DNA from: a virus
Direction: 5' to 3' (one strand)
DNA: 64,000 nucleotides
Virus record (IMG/VR): IMGVR_UViG_3300037261_000012
Coordinates: 1-64,000 of that record
Part shown: in pieces, positions 19,819 through 30,500 of the stretch
How positions within the stretch are numbered: position 1 is the first letter of the stretch
Layout: the number at the start of each line of letters is the position of its first letter
Made by a program: the position numbers and the translations under genes
The notes under the pieces: generated by a model
Database searches by the model: none
What the model was told of the DNA's origin: nothing
What the model saw: the letters and a program-made list of their open reading frames with translations, nothing else

Positions 19819-20526
19819 GTGGATATCTCAACCTACAGACGTAACGTAGTAAAAACGATGCCGGTGAAGCCTGCCAAGGCTGCTCTCCGGTACGTTACCA
19901 GAAACACTCAACGCACGAACATGCTGCACGCAGCCATTGGAGTGGCCACCGAAATGGGGGAACTGATCCAAGGGGTGGAGAATTACCTGTTGATCGGTAA
20001 GACCACAGACCTTGAAAAGCTACAAGCCAAGGAGGAGCTTGGGGACTTCGCGTACTACCTTACGGCCCTGGCTAAGGCAGTGAAAGCCAAAATGCCTGGT
20101 TCTGGCAAGAAGCTGAAGCTGGTAGGCACACGCGGGAAGGCACTGCTTGACTTGCAAAACCTAGTTCTAGGTCACGGTGGAATCCTGGACATCATGAAGA
20201 AATCCATTGCTGGTGGAATAGCTACCAAAGGTGTTCCGGTTGCGGCTAAGACCAGGAAAGGGAAAGATGGGAAACCTATCATTATTCCAGCCCATGAAAC
20301 CCAGGTTCTTGACGTTGAACTCCAGAAAGCAGAGGATGTGGTACTGGTGGTGAAGATGAAAGAAAAGGTTGAGGCAGTAATCGACCTGTACTACCGTCTT
20401 TGTTATGAGATGTTCAACGTCCCACCGGCTGTTGTATTCCAAGCCAACATCGACAAGCTGGTGGCCAAGTACCCGAAACTGGAGTTCGAGCAGCAGAAAG
20501 CACCAGCCCAAGCAGCAACTGCCTAA
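19819..20526 (+). CDS. MazG-like all-alpha NTP pyrophosphohydrolase
   Basis: LHAAIGVATEMGEL, KEELGD, NIDKLVAKYP. Confidence 0.75.
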   Translation: MDISTYRRNVVKTMPVKPAKAALRYVTRNTQRTNMLHAAIGVATEMGELIQGVENYLLIGKTTDLEKLQAKEELGDFAYYLTALAKAVKAKMPGSGKKLKLVGTRGKALLDLQNLVLGHGGILDIMKKSIAGGIATKGVPVAAKTRKGKDGKPIIIPAHETQVLDVELQKAEDVVLVVKMKEKVEAVIDLYYRLCYEMFNVPPAVVFQANIDKLVAKYPKLEFEQQKAPAQAATA

Positions 20527-20593
20527 AGGGATTGACAGACGACGGAAAAGTGGTACAATTGAGATTGTAAGACCTACATAAAGGAGTAATAAG

Positions 20594-21370
20594 ATGAGTA
20601 CAACTGCACAAGCGGCTGCCGAAGTGGTAGCCATCAAACCGAAGGCCAAGGAGACCAATCTTATCCTGGTCATCGCGCAAGAAGTGGAGTCAATGACCAA
20701 GACCAAGGCGCTTAATTCAGCGGAGAAACTTGCCGAGGACATTGAAACCAACTACTTCAAACTCGGCGGCGTGCTGAAACTGATAGGAGACAATAGCTGG
20801 TTCGAAGGATTCGAAAGCTTTGGAAGCTACGTCTACGAGAAATTCGGCTTCCAAGAGCGCAAGGCCCGTTACCTGATGGGCATCTACACCGACCTGGTGA
20901 GCAAACAGATTCCGTGGGAAAAGGTCGGACATCTGGGTTGGACGAAGCTGAAAGACCTGGCTCCACTACTTACCTTGGAGAACGTAGATGAGTGGGTGGC
21001 CAAGGCTGAGAAGTTGACCGTGATTGAACTACAGGCAGCCATCAAGGCTACAATGGCCCCTACCGGTGACACGTCTTCTACGACCACTGATGACGTGTCC
21101 ACCCTTAAGTTCAAGGTCAAACAAGACCAGAAGGAAGTGATCCAAACTGCGTTGGCCAAGGCCAAAGGAGAGTTGGGAACGGAATTCGACAACGTGGCTC
21201 TTGAAAATATTTGCGCTGGATACGTAGCTGGTAATATCGGTGGCAGTCCAGCGGCTGATCCAAAGTCTGTTATTCAGGCAGCGGGTTGGCAGCAAGTCCT
21301 GACCATGGTATCGGAGCTTTGGCCTGAGATTGACATAAATCTCAAAATCCCTGAAGGGTATAACAAGTAA
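20594..21370 (+). CDS. Conserved hypothetical phage protein (possibly DNA-binding)
   Basis: Own promoter and RBS; GFESFGSY...GF..RKARYL...GWTKL. Confidence 0.7.
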   Translation: MSTTAQAAAEVVAIKPKAKETNLILVIAQEVESMTKTKALNSAEKLAEDIETNYFKLGGVLKLIGDNSWFEGFESFGSYVYEKFGFQERKARYLMGIYTDLVSKQIPWEKVGHLGWTKLKDLAPLLTLENVDEWVAKAEKLTVIELQAAIKATMAPTGDTSSTTTDDVSTLKFKVKQDQKEVIQTALAKAKGELGTEFDNVALENICAGYVAGNIGGSPAADPKSVIQAAGWQQVLTMVSELWPEIDINLKIPEGYNK

Positions 21371-21393
21371 GGTCTGCTGATGAAGACGAGATC

Positions 21394-21424
21394 GCAGGGT
21401 GGCCGCAAGGTTGCCCTGCTCTTT
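21394..21424 (+). terminator. Rho-independent terminator
   Basis: GCAGGGTGGCC-GCAA-GGTTGCCCTGC followed by TCTTT. Confidence 0.65.
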
Positions 21425-21443
21425 CCATCCTAATGGAGTAGGT

Positions 21444-21920
21444 ATGGCTCTGATTATTGAAGAAAAGAAAGTACCTTCTGTAACTGACCAGCTTATCACC
21501 TATCAACAGATTGGTGTGGATTTTTCAGCCGGTGGCTTGCACATAGAGACAGTACCAAAGCAGCCGTGTCCTATTTGTTGTGGCATGGAGTGTTGCTGCA
21601 ATAGCACAGACCACGGAGACCAGGTAGTGACGTGCCACGCCTGTACTAAGAATGTTGATAGTACAACGCTGATTAACGGCATGGAATTATGTCCTGATTG
21701 CGTAGAGAAAACCAAATATTCAATACTTGATGCGCTGAAAGACCTGGAGACAAGTAAGAAAGTCCTGATGTTGGTGCGGCTGTCCGATGGTGAATCTTAC
21801 GTTGTAAAATCTCATGACCCAGAAACAAAAATAACCGTACTTCAAGGTAGTCATGGGAAGTCCGTGCGAGTTAAGCTTACCAACAAAGAATATTTACTGT
21901 ACAAGCCAGTCTTCCGCTAA
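21444..21920 (+). CDS. Cys-rich hypothetical protein
   Basis: Several CxxC pairs; GGAG RBS. Confidence 0.6.
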   Translation: MALIIEEKKVPSVTDQLITYQQIGVDFSAGGLHIETVPKQPCPICCGMECCCNSTDHGDQVVTCHACTKNVDSTTLINGMELCPDCVEKTKYSILDALKDLETSKKVLMLVRLSDGESYVVKSHDPETKITVLQGSHGKSVRVKLTNKEYLLYKPVFR

Positions 21921-21949
21921 GTTTGGAATGTATTTGAACGGGTGAGAAA

Positions 21950-22171
21950 ATGATCCTTGGTCTGACAGACAATGAAGTAAAGACCTTGAAAAAGGTGCTT
22001 GATAGAGCCTGGAATTATCCAGCAATAACATTTGATGGAGTTAAGATAACTGTGCCTGAGAAACGTGGTATCACCAGCATTTTGCGAAAGCTAAACACTG
22101 CAATCAATTGCAGTAAGGCTTACCCTCTACCGGAGTTCCTACGACAGGGAAACCATGAGAACACCAAATAA
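21950..22171 (+). CDS. Hypothetical protein
   Basis: ORF within the operon. Confidence 0.5.
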   Translation: MILGLTDNEVKTLKKVLDRAWNYPAITFDGVKITVPEKRGITSILRKLNTAINCSKAYPLPEFLRQGNHENTK

Positions 22172-22619
22172 GTGGGACTACCGCTACCTTTGTTTGGCAA
22201 AGCATGTGGCTGGCTGGTCCAAAGACCCGAGCACAAGGGTAGGGGCAGTCATAACCCTTGATAATCATGTGGTGTCCTTGGGATTCAATGGCCTACCAAG
22301 AGGTGTGCAGGATACTCCAATGCGCTTGCAAGCACGGGAGTTGAAATATAAGCTGATAGTCCATGGGGAGATGAATGCCATGAACTTTGCAAGCTGTCCT
22401 TTGAAGGGAGCCACGTTATATACTTATCCTTTTATGCCATGCAGTGTTTGCGCGGGAAGCGTAATCCAACATGGTTTTAAGGAAATAGTAGCTCCTTATT
22501 CAGATAATCAACGATGGAAAGAATCATTTGACCTGACTGAAATGATATTGCGAGAGGCTGGGGTAGAACTACTATTAGTACATGGAGACATCATAGAGTA
22601 CGACTTGGTGGTGCCATGA
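22155..22619 (+). CDS. dCMP deaminase
   Basis: SKDPSTRVGA, GFNG, HGEMNA, PCSVC. Confidence 0.93.
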   Translation: MRTPNKWDYRYLCLAKHVAGWSKDPSTRVGAVITLDNHVVSLGFNGLPRGVQDTPMRLQARELKYKLIVHGEMNAMNFASCPLKGATLYTYPFMPCSVCAGSVIQHGFKEIVAPYSDNQRWKESFDLTEMILREAGVELLLVHGDIIEYDLVVP

Positions 22620-22933
22620 AGGTATTACCAGCACCAAATGGAGTATTGTGGTTTGCAATAATGCCAAGCCAAATAGCCTTCTTAATATCACAGCTATTTG
22701 GTGGGAATATTGGGGCTATTGGTGTGCGGCCCCTAAACGGACGTGAGTTGAAGAACTATGCTATTTCCCAAAAAGCCAAGAAAGACTGTTAAACAGATAC
22801 GCCAGGAGAGTTTTCTGGCTGGCATGGAGCGGGCCGCTCAGATAATAGAGGGTGGTCATTTCCTCCATACAGATTCACCAGCATACAGGTTTGCCAAGGA
22901 AGCAGCGGCAGCCATACGTAGGGAGAAAAGTAA

Positions 22934-23302
22934 ATGATTAACAGAGAACAATTACAAAGAGCAAGGAACGATGTATTCAAAGCCGTGGAGTTGCTGCGGA
23001 ATGTTGAGTCCGTGCTTGATGCCACCCTCAAAGAAAGCAAAGAGCCAGTAATTAACCCAGTTTTGGCCTTAAAACAAGCAATAACAGGTGGGCCATTTGG
23101 TTCAGCTAGAGAGGTAGATGAGCTTTCTTTTGCAACAGCAGCAACCAAGTTCCCAGGTATAGTTGCTGGGCCTGTAAGATCAGATTGGTTAAAGGATGGA
23201 TTTCATGCCAACATACCTGAATTAAAACAATACAAGCTAGAAGTACACTTCAATCAGTTGATTGCTAAGTACACGTATTATTTAGTGCTAATAGAGCACT
23301 GA
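22934..23302 (+). CDS. Hypothetical protein
   Basis: GGAG RBS; 122-aa ORF. Confidence 0.55.
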   Translation: MINREQLQRARNDVFKAVELLRNVESVLDATLKESKEPVINPVLALKQAITGGPFGSAREVDELSFATAATKFPGIVAGPVRSDWLKDGFHANIPELKQYKLEVHFNQLIAKYTYYLVLIEH

Positions 23303-23367
23303 GGTTGCAACTACCTAAGGAAGGGTATAAACTTGTGACACTACAAACCTCCTATTAGGTAGTTCCC

Positions 23368-24180
23368 GTGCCATTAAGTATAGCCCACAAAATAGAACCA
23401 ACCAAAAAAGCAAGAGATTTAGCTAGAAAAGTGCTGGCTGGGGGCGAGCTAAGCAGAAGTTCCTTAGAACGTATCCAAAAGGTACTAACAGATCAAAAAG
23501 AACTAGATTCTCAAGGCTTCCTCCAATGCATGAGGGAAAACAGTAATAAGACTGATGATGAACTCCTGCAAGACCTCCAAACAGTACTAGAGAGTAAGAC
23601 CTCCAGAGAGGGTAGGCCAGTAGGTACGGTAGCCACCCAGAGAATGAACGAGCGTGTGCTCCTGTCTTGGAGACTGCAACAACGTGGCCTTACCTATGAT
23701 CAGATAGGTGAGCAGCTTAAATGTAGTAATGCTCAAGTTGGCACGTACATTTCCCGCGCCAAATCCATCCTCCGTGTAGACCCAATGAAGATCAATCTCC
23801 CGCAACAGATAGGGGAGAGTCTGAACTTCTATGAGGATTTGAAACAGATGGCGCTCTTTATTGCAAGCGGCCAGCAAAGTAGCAAGAAAGACAAACTTAC
23901 TGCCATGAGCGTGGCCTTAGGAGTGGAAAGAGATAAGAACGAGTTCCTTACCAAGGTAGGTGTGTACAGTCCAAGTGTGGTTGATTCATTCAAGAGTCTT
24001 GTTCTACAGCAAGTGACGGTGTTGATGGGTAACACCGAGAAGCCTGTAACACCTGAGAACCAGGTTGATCTGTTCTTTTCAAATGTGGCCGCGCAATTAC
24101 TGGACTGCGCCAGGTCTGACCACCCACCACTGCAATCAATTGCAGAAGACGTGGAGTACGTCGATGCTCCTCCCAAGTAA
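23368..24180 (+). CDS. HTH protein, probable terminase small subunit
   Basis: GLTYDQIGEQLKCS HTH; overlaps the terminase large gene. Confidence 0.6.
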   Translation: MPLSIAHKIEPTKKARDLARKVLAGGELSRSSLERIQKVLTDQKELDSQGFLQCMRENSNKTDDELLQDLQTVLESKTSREGRPVGTVATQRMNERVLLSWRLQQRGLTYDQIGEQLKCSNAQVGTYISRAKSILRVDPMKINLPQQIGESLNFYEDLKQMALFIASGQQSSKKDKLTAMSVALGVERDKNEFLTKVGVYSPSVVDSFKSLVLQQVTVLMGNTEKPVTPENQVDLFFSNVAAQLLDCARSDHPPLQSIAEDVEYVDAPPK

Positions 24181-26119
24181 CGTCCAAGACACGGTGACGC
24201 TGATTCAGCGCAACGTCCATGTGATTGCTGCTGGAGACCCTGAATGGGGTGCAGCGTTCGAGAGAGCAATACCAAATTACCTGTCGAAGAAAGAAGTATT
24301 CGAACTTCCATACCTTATACAACTACGACGTTACCCAGTGGATGTAGATACGTTTGTTCATGGCAACATTTATTTGAACAAACCACGGGGAGAAATCTAC
24401 CCGGCAGTTCTGGAAGAACTAAGTAAGATCAATAACCCTGGTGGTGTACGGGTAGTCAACCCTTATTCAGAGGCAGTCTTTACTGGGGGCATTGGATCAA
24501 CCAAGTCCACTACTGCCTTGTACACAGTGGCGTACCAACTGTATGTCCTAAGCTGCTTTAAGAATCCACACCAGGTGTTTGGGTTGGATACAGCTTCTGA
24601 AATTCTGTTTATTTTTCAGGCTATTGGAGACACGGCAGAGAGTGACTACCAGCGTTTCTTGCATATGATTAAGGCCAGCCCGTACTTCAATAACGTATAC
24701 CCATGGGATAAGCGTATTCAGAGTAAGCTAAAATTCCCAGGTAGAGTGGAGGTCAAGCCCATAGAGTCTGATACTGGCACTATTGGTCAGAACGTCCTTG
24801 GAGGTATGCTGGATGAAGTAAACTGGATGGCTGTAACAACCTTTAGTAAGAAATCTCTTGATGGGGGTATCTACGATCAGGCAAGGACTATTTATAACAG
24901 TATAAGTAGACGGAGAAAGAGCCGGTTCTTAAAACAAGGTAAAGCGCCTGGAATACTGTGTCTAGTGTCATCCAAGAGATACCCAGGGGAATTCACGGAT
25001 GTAAAGATTGTGCAGAGCAAGAACGACCCAAGCATCTACGTGTTTGAAAAGAACGTATGGGATATGAAGCCGCCAGGTACGTTCACTAATGGGTACTTCA
25101 GGCTATTCAAAGGAGACCTGCTGAGGAAGGCCAGAGTTGTCAATGAAGGTGAGAGCCTGGACAGGCACGCTGAGATCATAGCCGATGAGTACCTCCAAGA
25201 GGATGAGGTACAGCTTACGATGTTGGTGCCTAACGACTTCCTTGGGGAATTCAAGGAGGATATGATTGGTTCCCTGAGGGACATCGCTGGCGTGAGTGTA
25301 ACCGCCAGATACCCATTCATTACCAATGGTGAGGCTGTTAATGAGATGTTCCAAGGAGGAGAATCCATACTGAATCTGGAAGAAACAGATATGGAGTCAA
25401 CCACTTTGCAGTTCTTTCCCAGCAAATTTAAGAACAAAGAGTGGCCGCGCTGGGTACATATTGACCTTGGGTTGACTTCTGATAGTGCAGGTGTATGTTG
25501 TGGGTATGTACCAAAGTTTGTGTTCACTGAAGACGGATTATTAATGCCGCAGATCAACCTGGACTTCCTACTGCGGGTGAAGCCACCGCCAAACAAGGAG
25601 ATTCAGTTTTACAAGATAAGAAATCTGCTGGTAAAGTTGAAAGAATCAGGGATTCCTATCCAATATGTGACGTTCGACCTATACCAATCTGCCGATTCTA
25701 TACAATTATTGAGGCATTTGGGTTTTAGCACTGGTAAGATAAGCACTACAACAGGTTTGATGCCGTACATGGTGTGTAAGACTGCCATATACCAGAGAAG
25801 GATAAAAGGTACGCCAAGTAAAAGGTGCCATGGAGAGTTGCTCTCACTAGAAATGTACACAACAGTAGGAAAACATGGTGTGATTGATCATCCCCCAGGG
25901 GGAAATAAGGATTTGGCCGATGCTTTAGCCTGTGTAGTATATGGCCTGACCACCAGGAGAGAAACCTGGCTGACACATGGTGTGCCAATTACACAAGCTG
26001 TGGCTGCATTTAAGGAAATAAGTACAACTGAAGGAGTAAAAGATGGAACAGACCCAGACGCTGATGACGGACAATCAATCAAGCCTTTTGAGCACGCCCA
26101 GAAGACCAGTTTTGCGTGA
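24164..26119 (+). CDS. terL: Terminase large subunit
   Basis: GGIGSTKST Walker A, MLDEV, VSS, nuclease HIDLG..SD, TFD, DH....KDLADA. Confidence 0.9.
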   Translation: MLLPSNVQDTVTLIQRNVHVIAAGDPEWGAAFERAIPNYLSKKEVFELPYLIQLRRYPVDVDTFVHGNIYLNKPRGEIYPAVLEELSKINNPGGVRVVNPYSEAVFTGGIGSTKSTTALYTVAYQLYVLSCFKNPHQVFGLDTASEILFIFQAIGDTAESDYQRFLHMIKASPYFNNVYPWDKRIQSKLKFPGRVEVKPIESDTGTIGQNVLGGMLDEVNWMAVTTFSKKSLDGGIYDQARTIYNSISRRRKSRFLKQGKAPGILCLVSSKRYPGEFTDVKIVQSKNDPSIYVFEKNVWDMKPPGTFTNGYFRLFKGDLLRKARVVNEGESLDRHAEIIADEYLQEDEVQLTMLVPNDFLGEFKEDMIGSLRDIAGVSVTARYPFITNGEAVNEMFQGGESILNLEETDMESTTLQFFPSKFKNKEWPRWVHIDLGLTSDSAGVCCGYVPKFVFTEDGLLMPQINLDFLLRVKPPPNKEIQFYKIRNLLVKLKESGIPIQYVTFDLYQSADSIQLLRHLGFSTGKISTTTGLMPYMVCKTAIYQRRIKGTPSKRCHGELLSLEMYTTVGKHGVIDHPPGGNKDLADALACVVYGLTTRRETWLTHGVPITQAVAAFKEISTTEGVKDGTDPDADDGQSIKPFEHAQKTSFA

Positions 26120-27305
26120 TCAGAGGCCCTTGTATAGTGGGCTTGGCTTTCACCCATTCAATGTGGTTGAAGCGGCCAAGGCACGCATACGCTGGCTGGT
26201 GCGCCGTTTCGATGATGTGATCGTGTCGTTCTCTGGTGGAAAAGACAGCTTGGTGTGTCTTGAGTTAGTTGACCAGGTATACAAGGAACTCGGTATACAT
26301 AAAAAGGTGAAGTTCAAATTCATGGATGAGGAGCTTGTGTGCGACAGCATCATTGATTTTCTTCAGAAGCAGTATGAGTGCGGGCGCTTCGAGGGCCAGT
26401 ACTACGCACTACAGATGTACGTGGGATTCTTCGTCATGGGTAGGCATGAGAAGTTCCTGTCCTGGGACACCAAGAGGAAGTGGCATAGGCAACCGCCCCC
26501 CTATGCGATAATGACCATGGGGCATGACACTTCTATTCACAATGAGAACACGATAAGTAAGCTTATGCATCCAGATACTAGTAGAAAAATCTGTGAGATA
26601 GTCGGTGTGCGGGCGCAGGAAAGCATGAAGCGTAAGCAAGCTATAAGTCGTGGGGGTCTTACCATAGGAGGACAACCTAACTACCTGTCATGTGAGGGTA
26701 TGGATCATATATGGAGCGCCAAACCAATATTCGACTGGTCTGAGTTAGATGTTTTCAAATTCTTCAGGGATTACAATATAGAATACTGCAACTGCTATGA
26801 TGCTCAAGCATGGACTAAAGCCCCCTTGCGCGTGGCAAGTGCCCTACACGAAAGAGCAGCCGGGCAGTTCTTCAAGATGAAGGAGATAGAGCCGCTGTTC
26901 TATGAACAACTTCGAAGTCTTTATCCAGAGATTGAAACACACTTCCGCTATTGGAAGGAAGTTGATCCATACACTACTATGTATCGCTACCCCAGGACTT
27001 TCGAAGGCATAAGACAGTACATAAGAGAACAGTTGGATGAATCCCACCGGGATACAGCATTGAAGTTTGTGAACATTGCTGAGGGGCGTCGCACTAAGAG
27101 AATGAAGCTTGATCCTACCTCTGTACTTGGAGACATGCCTGTGCTACAAGTATTTAGAGAAGTAATTGGCGGCAAATTTGTGAAAGGCGCAGCCTTCAGG
27201 TGTAACGTCAGTCAGGCCGATGTGGATTATGAAGAAGGGCGGGGCGGCCCAAACTTACCACTGCAATCAATTGCAGAACCTACGGTGGACTTTGGAGGTG
27301 CATGA
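26043..27305 (+). CDS. PAPS-reductase-like PP-loop protein (IbrA/YbdN-like)
   Basis: VSFSGGKDS, DEE, VGVRAQES..R, PIFDWS..DV, LRVAS. Confidence 0.85.
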   Translation: MEQTQTLMTDNQSSLLSTPRRPVLRDQRPLYSGLGFHPFNVVEAAKARIRWLVRRFDDVIVSFSGGKDSLVCLELVDQVYKELGIHKKVKFKFMDEELVCDSIIDFLQKQYECGRFEGQYYALQMYVGFFVMGRHEKFLSWDTKRKWHRQPPPYAIMTMGHDTSIHNENTISKLMHPDTSRKICEIVGVRAQESMKRKQAISRGGLTIGGQPNYLSCEGMDHIWSAKPIFDWSELDVFKFFRDYNIEYCNCYDAQAWTKAPLRVASALHERAAGQFFKMKEIEPLFYEQLRSLYPEIETHFRYWKEVDPYTTMYRYPRTFEGIRQYIREQLDESHRDTALKFVNIAEGRRTKRMKLDPTSVLGDMPVLQVFREVIGGKFVKGAAFRCNVSQADVDYEEGRGGPNLPLQSIAEPTVDFGGA

Positions 27306-28519
27306 TGGATAAAAATCTTTTAGGTATGTTGGTTGGGAAAAAACCCAGTGTAGTACAAAAAGGTGCCCCATATGGAAATATGAACTGGAAAGGAGGTAAT
27401 GGGGTTACTAGGGACTTCAGCACTGGAGATAAGGGTAAATCTACATTACCGTTGGTTGGTAAATCTTTAGCACTCAGAGGTAGTGAGTATGATTGGAAGA
27501 CTGGATCACAGAGAACGGATGCTGATTGGCATTCCACTAATAAAGAAGAAATACAAAGTAAGAATGATGCTCTTGTATCAGACTTATCCAAGGCAGGGTT
27601 TACTAAGGTAGGTGAGGAAACTAAACTAGGGGGACAATTGTGGAGGTCAGCAGACGGACATACTGAGGTAAGTACTAGGTTTATTACTTCCTTACCTAGT
27701 GCGGCTGGGGGACAAACTACATATGGAGCTATTGCAAGTGTGTATGTTGGTGGGGCTAAACCTCCAAAAGACCCTGAAATGAAAGGTGAAGGTGAGCCAA
27801 GAAAGTACAGTACTGACGAAACTCCAAGAGGAGATGAGAACCAGTATTTCTCAGCATGGATGGACAAGAAAACCAGTGAAAACTCCGACTTAACTCCTGC
27901 TCAGCGTGATGCTTCATTGAATTACACCACGGCTTACTTAGATATAAATCCATTTCTAAGAGGCACTGGAATACCAGAAGGGCATGATGGGCATAAATAC
28001 CCATTATCTGCTGAGGAGCGGGATACTACTATAAAAACACTTGATGGTATGATGCAACCTCTTGGAAAAGATGTAGTGTTGGGTAGAGGTGTTGGGCCTG
28101 AGCCTGCAAGAGATTTGGTGCAAGCATTTAAGGATGGGACATTGATAGGTAGAACCTTTGAGGATAAAGCCTATCTAAGCACTACTTATAACACCTCCCA
28201 AGGTCTTGGGTTCTTTGCTACTAAAGTGCCTTATAAAGATGGAAAGGAGGTTATTGTTACTATGAAAATACATGCTGACCGTGAAGTTAAAGGACTTTTT
28301 ATGCCTGGGTCTAATGATCTTACTGGAGAAGATATGGAAGTAGTTCTTGCCCGTAATACTCCTGTACATATCACGGGTGCTTCTCTGAAAAATGGAGTGT
28401 TAGAGTTGCAAGGACATGCTGGTGATTACATAAGTAAGAAAGCTGAAAACACTTATATAGCTTGGGGTGATCCTATGTATAAGGAGAAAAATCATGATCA
28501 AATCAGTAAAGAAGGTTGA
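27302..28519 (+). CDS. ADP-ribosyltransferase (VIP2/Alt-like, R-S-E class)
   Basis: YT..Y..INPFLR, VLGRGV, KAYLSTT, EDMEVVLARNT. Confidence 0.8.
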   Translation: MMDKNLLGMLVGKKPSVVQKGAPYGNMNWKGGNGVTRDFSTGDKGKSTLPLVGKSLALRGSEYDWKTGSQRTDADWHSTNKEEIQSKNDALVSDLSKAGFTKVGEETKLGGQLWRSADGHTEVSTRFITSLPSAAGGQTTYGAIASVYVGGAKPPKDPEMKGEGEPRKYSTDETPRGDENQYFSAWMDKKTSENSDLTPAQRDASLNYTTAYLDINPFLRGTGIPEGHDGHKYPLSAEERDTTIKTLDGMMQPLGKDVVLGRGVGPEPARDLVQAFKDGTLIGRTFEDKAYLSTTYNTSQGLGFFATKVPYKDGKEVIVTMKIHADREVKGLFMPGSNDLTGEDMEVVLARNTPVHITGASLKNGVLELQGHAGDYISKKAENTYIAWGDPMYKEKNHDQISKEG

Positions 28520-28620
28520 GGAAGCCCAACCTATGGGAGGAATCCAGTCTAAGGTTCCATCTGAGCAGTACCGACAAAATTGGGAACGCATCTTCGGTAA
28601 GAAACAACAGGAGAAGAAAG

Positions 28621-29196
28621 ATGTCAAGCACGTTCAATGATCCTGCCATACTAGCTGATTGGAAGGACAATGGCAGGTGGCCAGCCATCCATGGAAAAAT
28701 AGCATACGCCGCTAGTGAGTTCATGAAATCAAGTAGAATACTGGACTTATGTTGTTCTTTTGGTCTTCTTGGTGAGCGCCTGCACAAGCATCACCCGCTA
28801 CATCCATTCGTAGTCGGTGTAGATTGTGATGTTAAGGCCATGAGAGCAGGTAAAGAAGCAGGTATATGTGTGCCTATGTTTAGTGTGCGGATAACCCGTG
28901 AGACAGTACAAGATTTGTTTCTCATCATTGACACCCACAAGATTACAGGAATAGTGGCCAGGAGAGCATTTCCTGAGTTATTCAGTGATGACCATGAGTT
29001 TGGACGAGAGTTTGCAATCAATTGCAGAGCACATGGCATTACCGAGATTCTTCTGGAGGGAAGGGTAGAGAGTAAGAGGAGCAGTAACAGCTTGTGCGGG
29101 GTAGATTTGGAAGTCCAACTCCTGGCTGGCCTGTACTACCAGACAGCAGGTTATGATAAGTGCGCCTATCTACAACCAGTTAAAGCAAGTAGCTAG
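28621..29196 (+). CDS. SAM-dependent methyltransferase-like protein
   Basis: ILDLCCSFG motif I, VVGVD. Confidence 0.65.
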   Translation: MSSTFNDPAILADWKDNGRWPAIHGKIAYAASEFMKSSRILDLCCSFGLLGERLHKHHPLHPFVVGVDCDVKAMRAGKEAGICVPMFSVRITRETVQDLFLIIDTHKITGIVARRAFPELFSDDHEFGREFAINCRAHGITEILLEGRVESKRSSNSLCGVDLEVQLLAGLYYQTAGYDKCAYLQPVKASS

Positions 29197-29256
29197 AAAT
29201 AGCTTGACAAATCAATAACTTGTGTTATACTTGAGTATAACTGAGGAGTGGAATGC

Positions 29257-29832
29257 ATGGGTATGGGAGCGTATAACGGCTGGTCTGGGTTAATCAGAAC
29301 TGAGCGTGGAAATTTGCAGTACAACATGATCAGGAGTGGCAAGTACCCAATGACCGGAAAGTGTGAGTTGTGTGGACACGACAAAGGGTTGACCGTACAC
29401 GCAGAAGAATATGGGAGTACCTGGGAAGCTTTTGTAGCTAGCAGTCATGAGCTATGTCCGGTGTGCCATGGGCTTATCCACATGAGATGGAAACTACCAA
29501 ACAGGTGGAAGCGTCACAAGCAACGGTTGTTGGCAGGTCAATACCAGGAAGTGATCAGGCTCCCAAGCTTAGGTGCGTTCTTTGGAATATGCCGAAATAT
29601 CCGAGACTTGCCATTCATAGAAGACTGCAAAACAGGGATAGAGTGGGTGGATGGCATCACTATGGAAGGCTGGAAGGACAAGCCTCCTAAGGTAGCGTTG
29701 ATAATAGACAAGGAAGGGGTATTCAGGCCCGACCCAAAGGTATATACTAACGTCAGTTCCCTGCACGGAGTGCGCTGGGATCACGAAACAAAACAAGCAT
29801 ATGACTTTGCATATGGAGAGCCGCCAAAGTGA
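29257..29832 (+). CDS. HNH-like Zn-binding protein
   Basis: CELCG...HAEEY...LCPVCHGLIH. Confidence 0.55.
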   Translation: MGMGAYNGWSGLIRTERGNLQYNMIRSGKYPMTGKCELCGHDKGLTVHAEEYGSTWEAFVASSHELCPVCHGLIHMRWKLPNRWKRHKQRLLAGQYQEVIRLPSLGAFFGICRNIRDLPFIEDCKTGIEWVDGITMEGWKDKPPKVALIIDKEGVFRPDPKVYTNVSSLHGVRWDHETKQAYDFAYGEPPK

Positions 29833-30500
29833 CTGAAACAACACAGGCCATACCTGGTGTGATGGGAAATATAGTATTTGGCACAGAAGTTTCTACCCAA
29901 GAAACTAACGCTCCAAGAAGTATAACTCAACCATCACTGCAATCAATTGCAGACCCCTCCGGCCATCCTGTAAATAACATCCAATGGCTGGATGTAAATG
30001 ATCTAACAGCTAACGATTACAATCCAAACCATGTGATGGAGCCAGAGATGCAGTTGCTGGCGTTGTCATTACTGAAGCAAAAGTGGATACAACCTATCCT
30101 GGTGTGGCCAGACCCAAAGACCGGAAAGTACGTGATTATTGACGGCTATCACCGTACCATGGTGGTCAGATCAAATAAGCAAGTGTGGGCTATGACTAAT
30201 GGGCGCGTACCTGTAGTAATTATGGAAATGACTGTTCCAGACAGGATGTTACTGACCATACGAATAAACCGTGCTAAGGGCAATCACGCTGCCATCAGGA
30301 TGCACGCTATAGTTCATTCTCTCATCAATGATTGGAATTACAGTCCTGACCTTGTAGCTACCGAAATTGGCGCGGACATTAGTGAGATCAACACGCTTGT
30401 TGCGGAGAACGTGTTTGAGATCAAGAAAGTTGACGAGATGAATTACAGCAAATCCTGGTTCCCCAAATCAGTGGTAGAACATGGAATGGAGTTCGAATGA
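29829..30500 (+). CDS. ParB/Srx N-terminal domain protein (IbrB/YbdM-like)
   Basis: ANDYNPN, QPILV, IIDGYHR, TIRINRAKG.H. Confidence 0.88.
   Translation: MTETTQAIPGVMGNIVFGTEVSTQETNAPRSITQPSLQSIADPSGHPVNNIQWLDVNDLTANDYNPNHVMEPEMQLLALSLLKQKWIQPILVWPDPKTGKYVIIDGYHRTMVVRSNKQVWAMTNGRVPVVIMEMTVPDRMLLTIRINRAKGNHAAIRMHAIVHSLINDWNYSPDLVATEIGADISEINTLVAENVFEIKKVDEMNYSKSWFPKSVVEHGMEFE

Noticed and set aside
21372-21420. Hammerhead ribozyme (CTGATGA) after gene 20594; also GGACGAAC in the tmRNA intervening segment
   Set aside because: The matching GAAA/NUH core and the three-helix junction cannot be completed.
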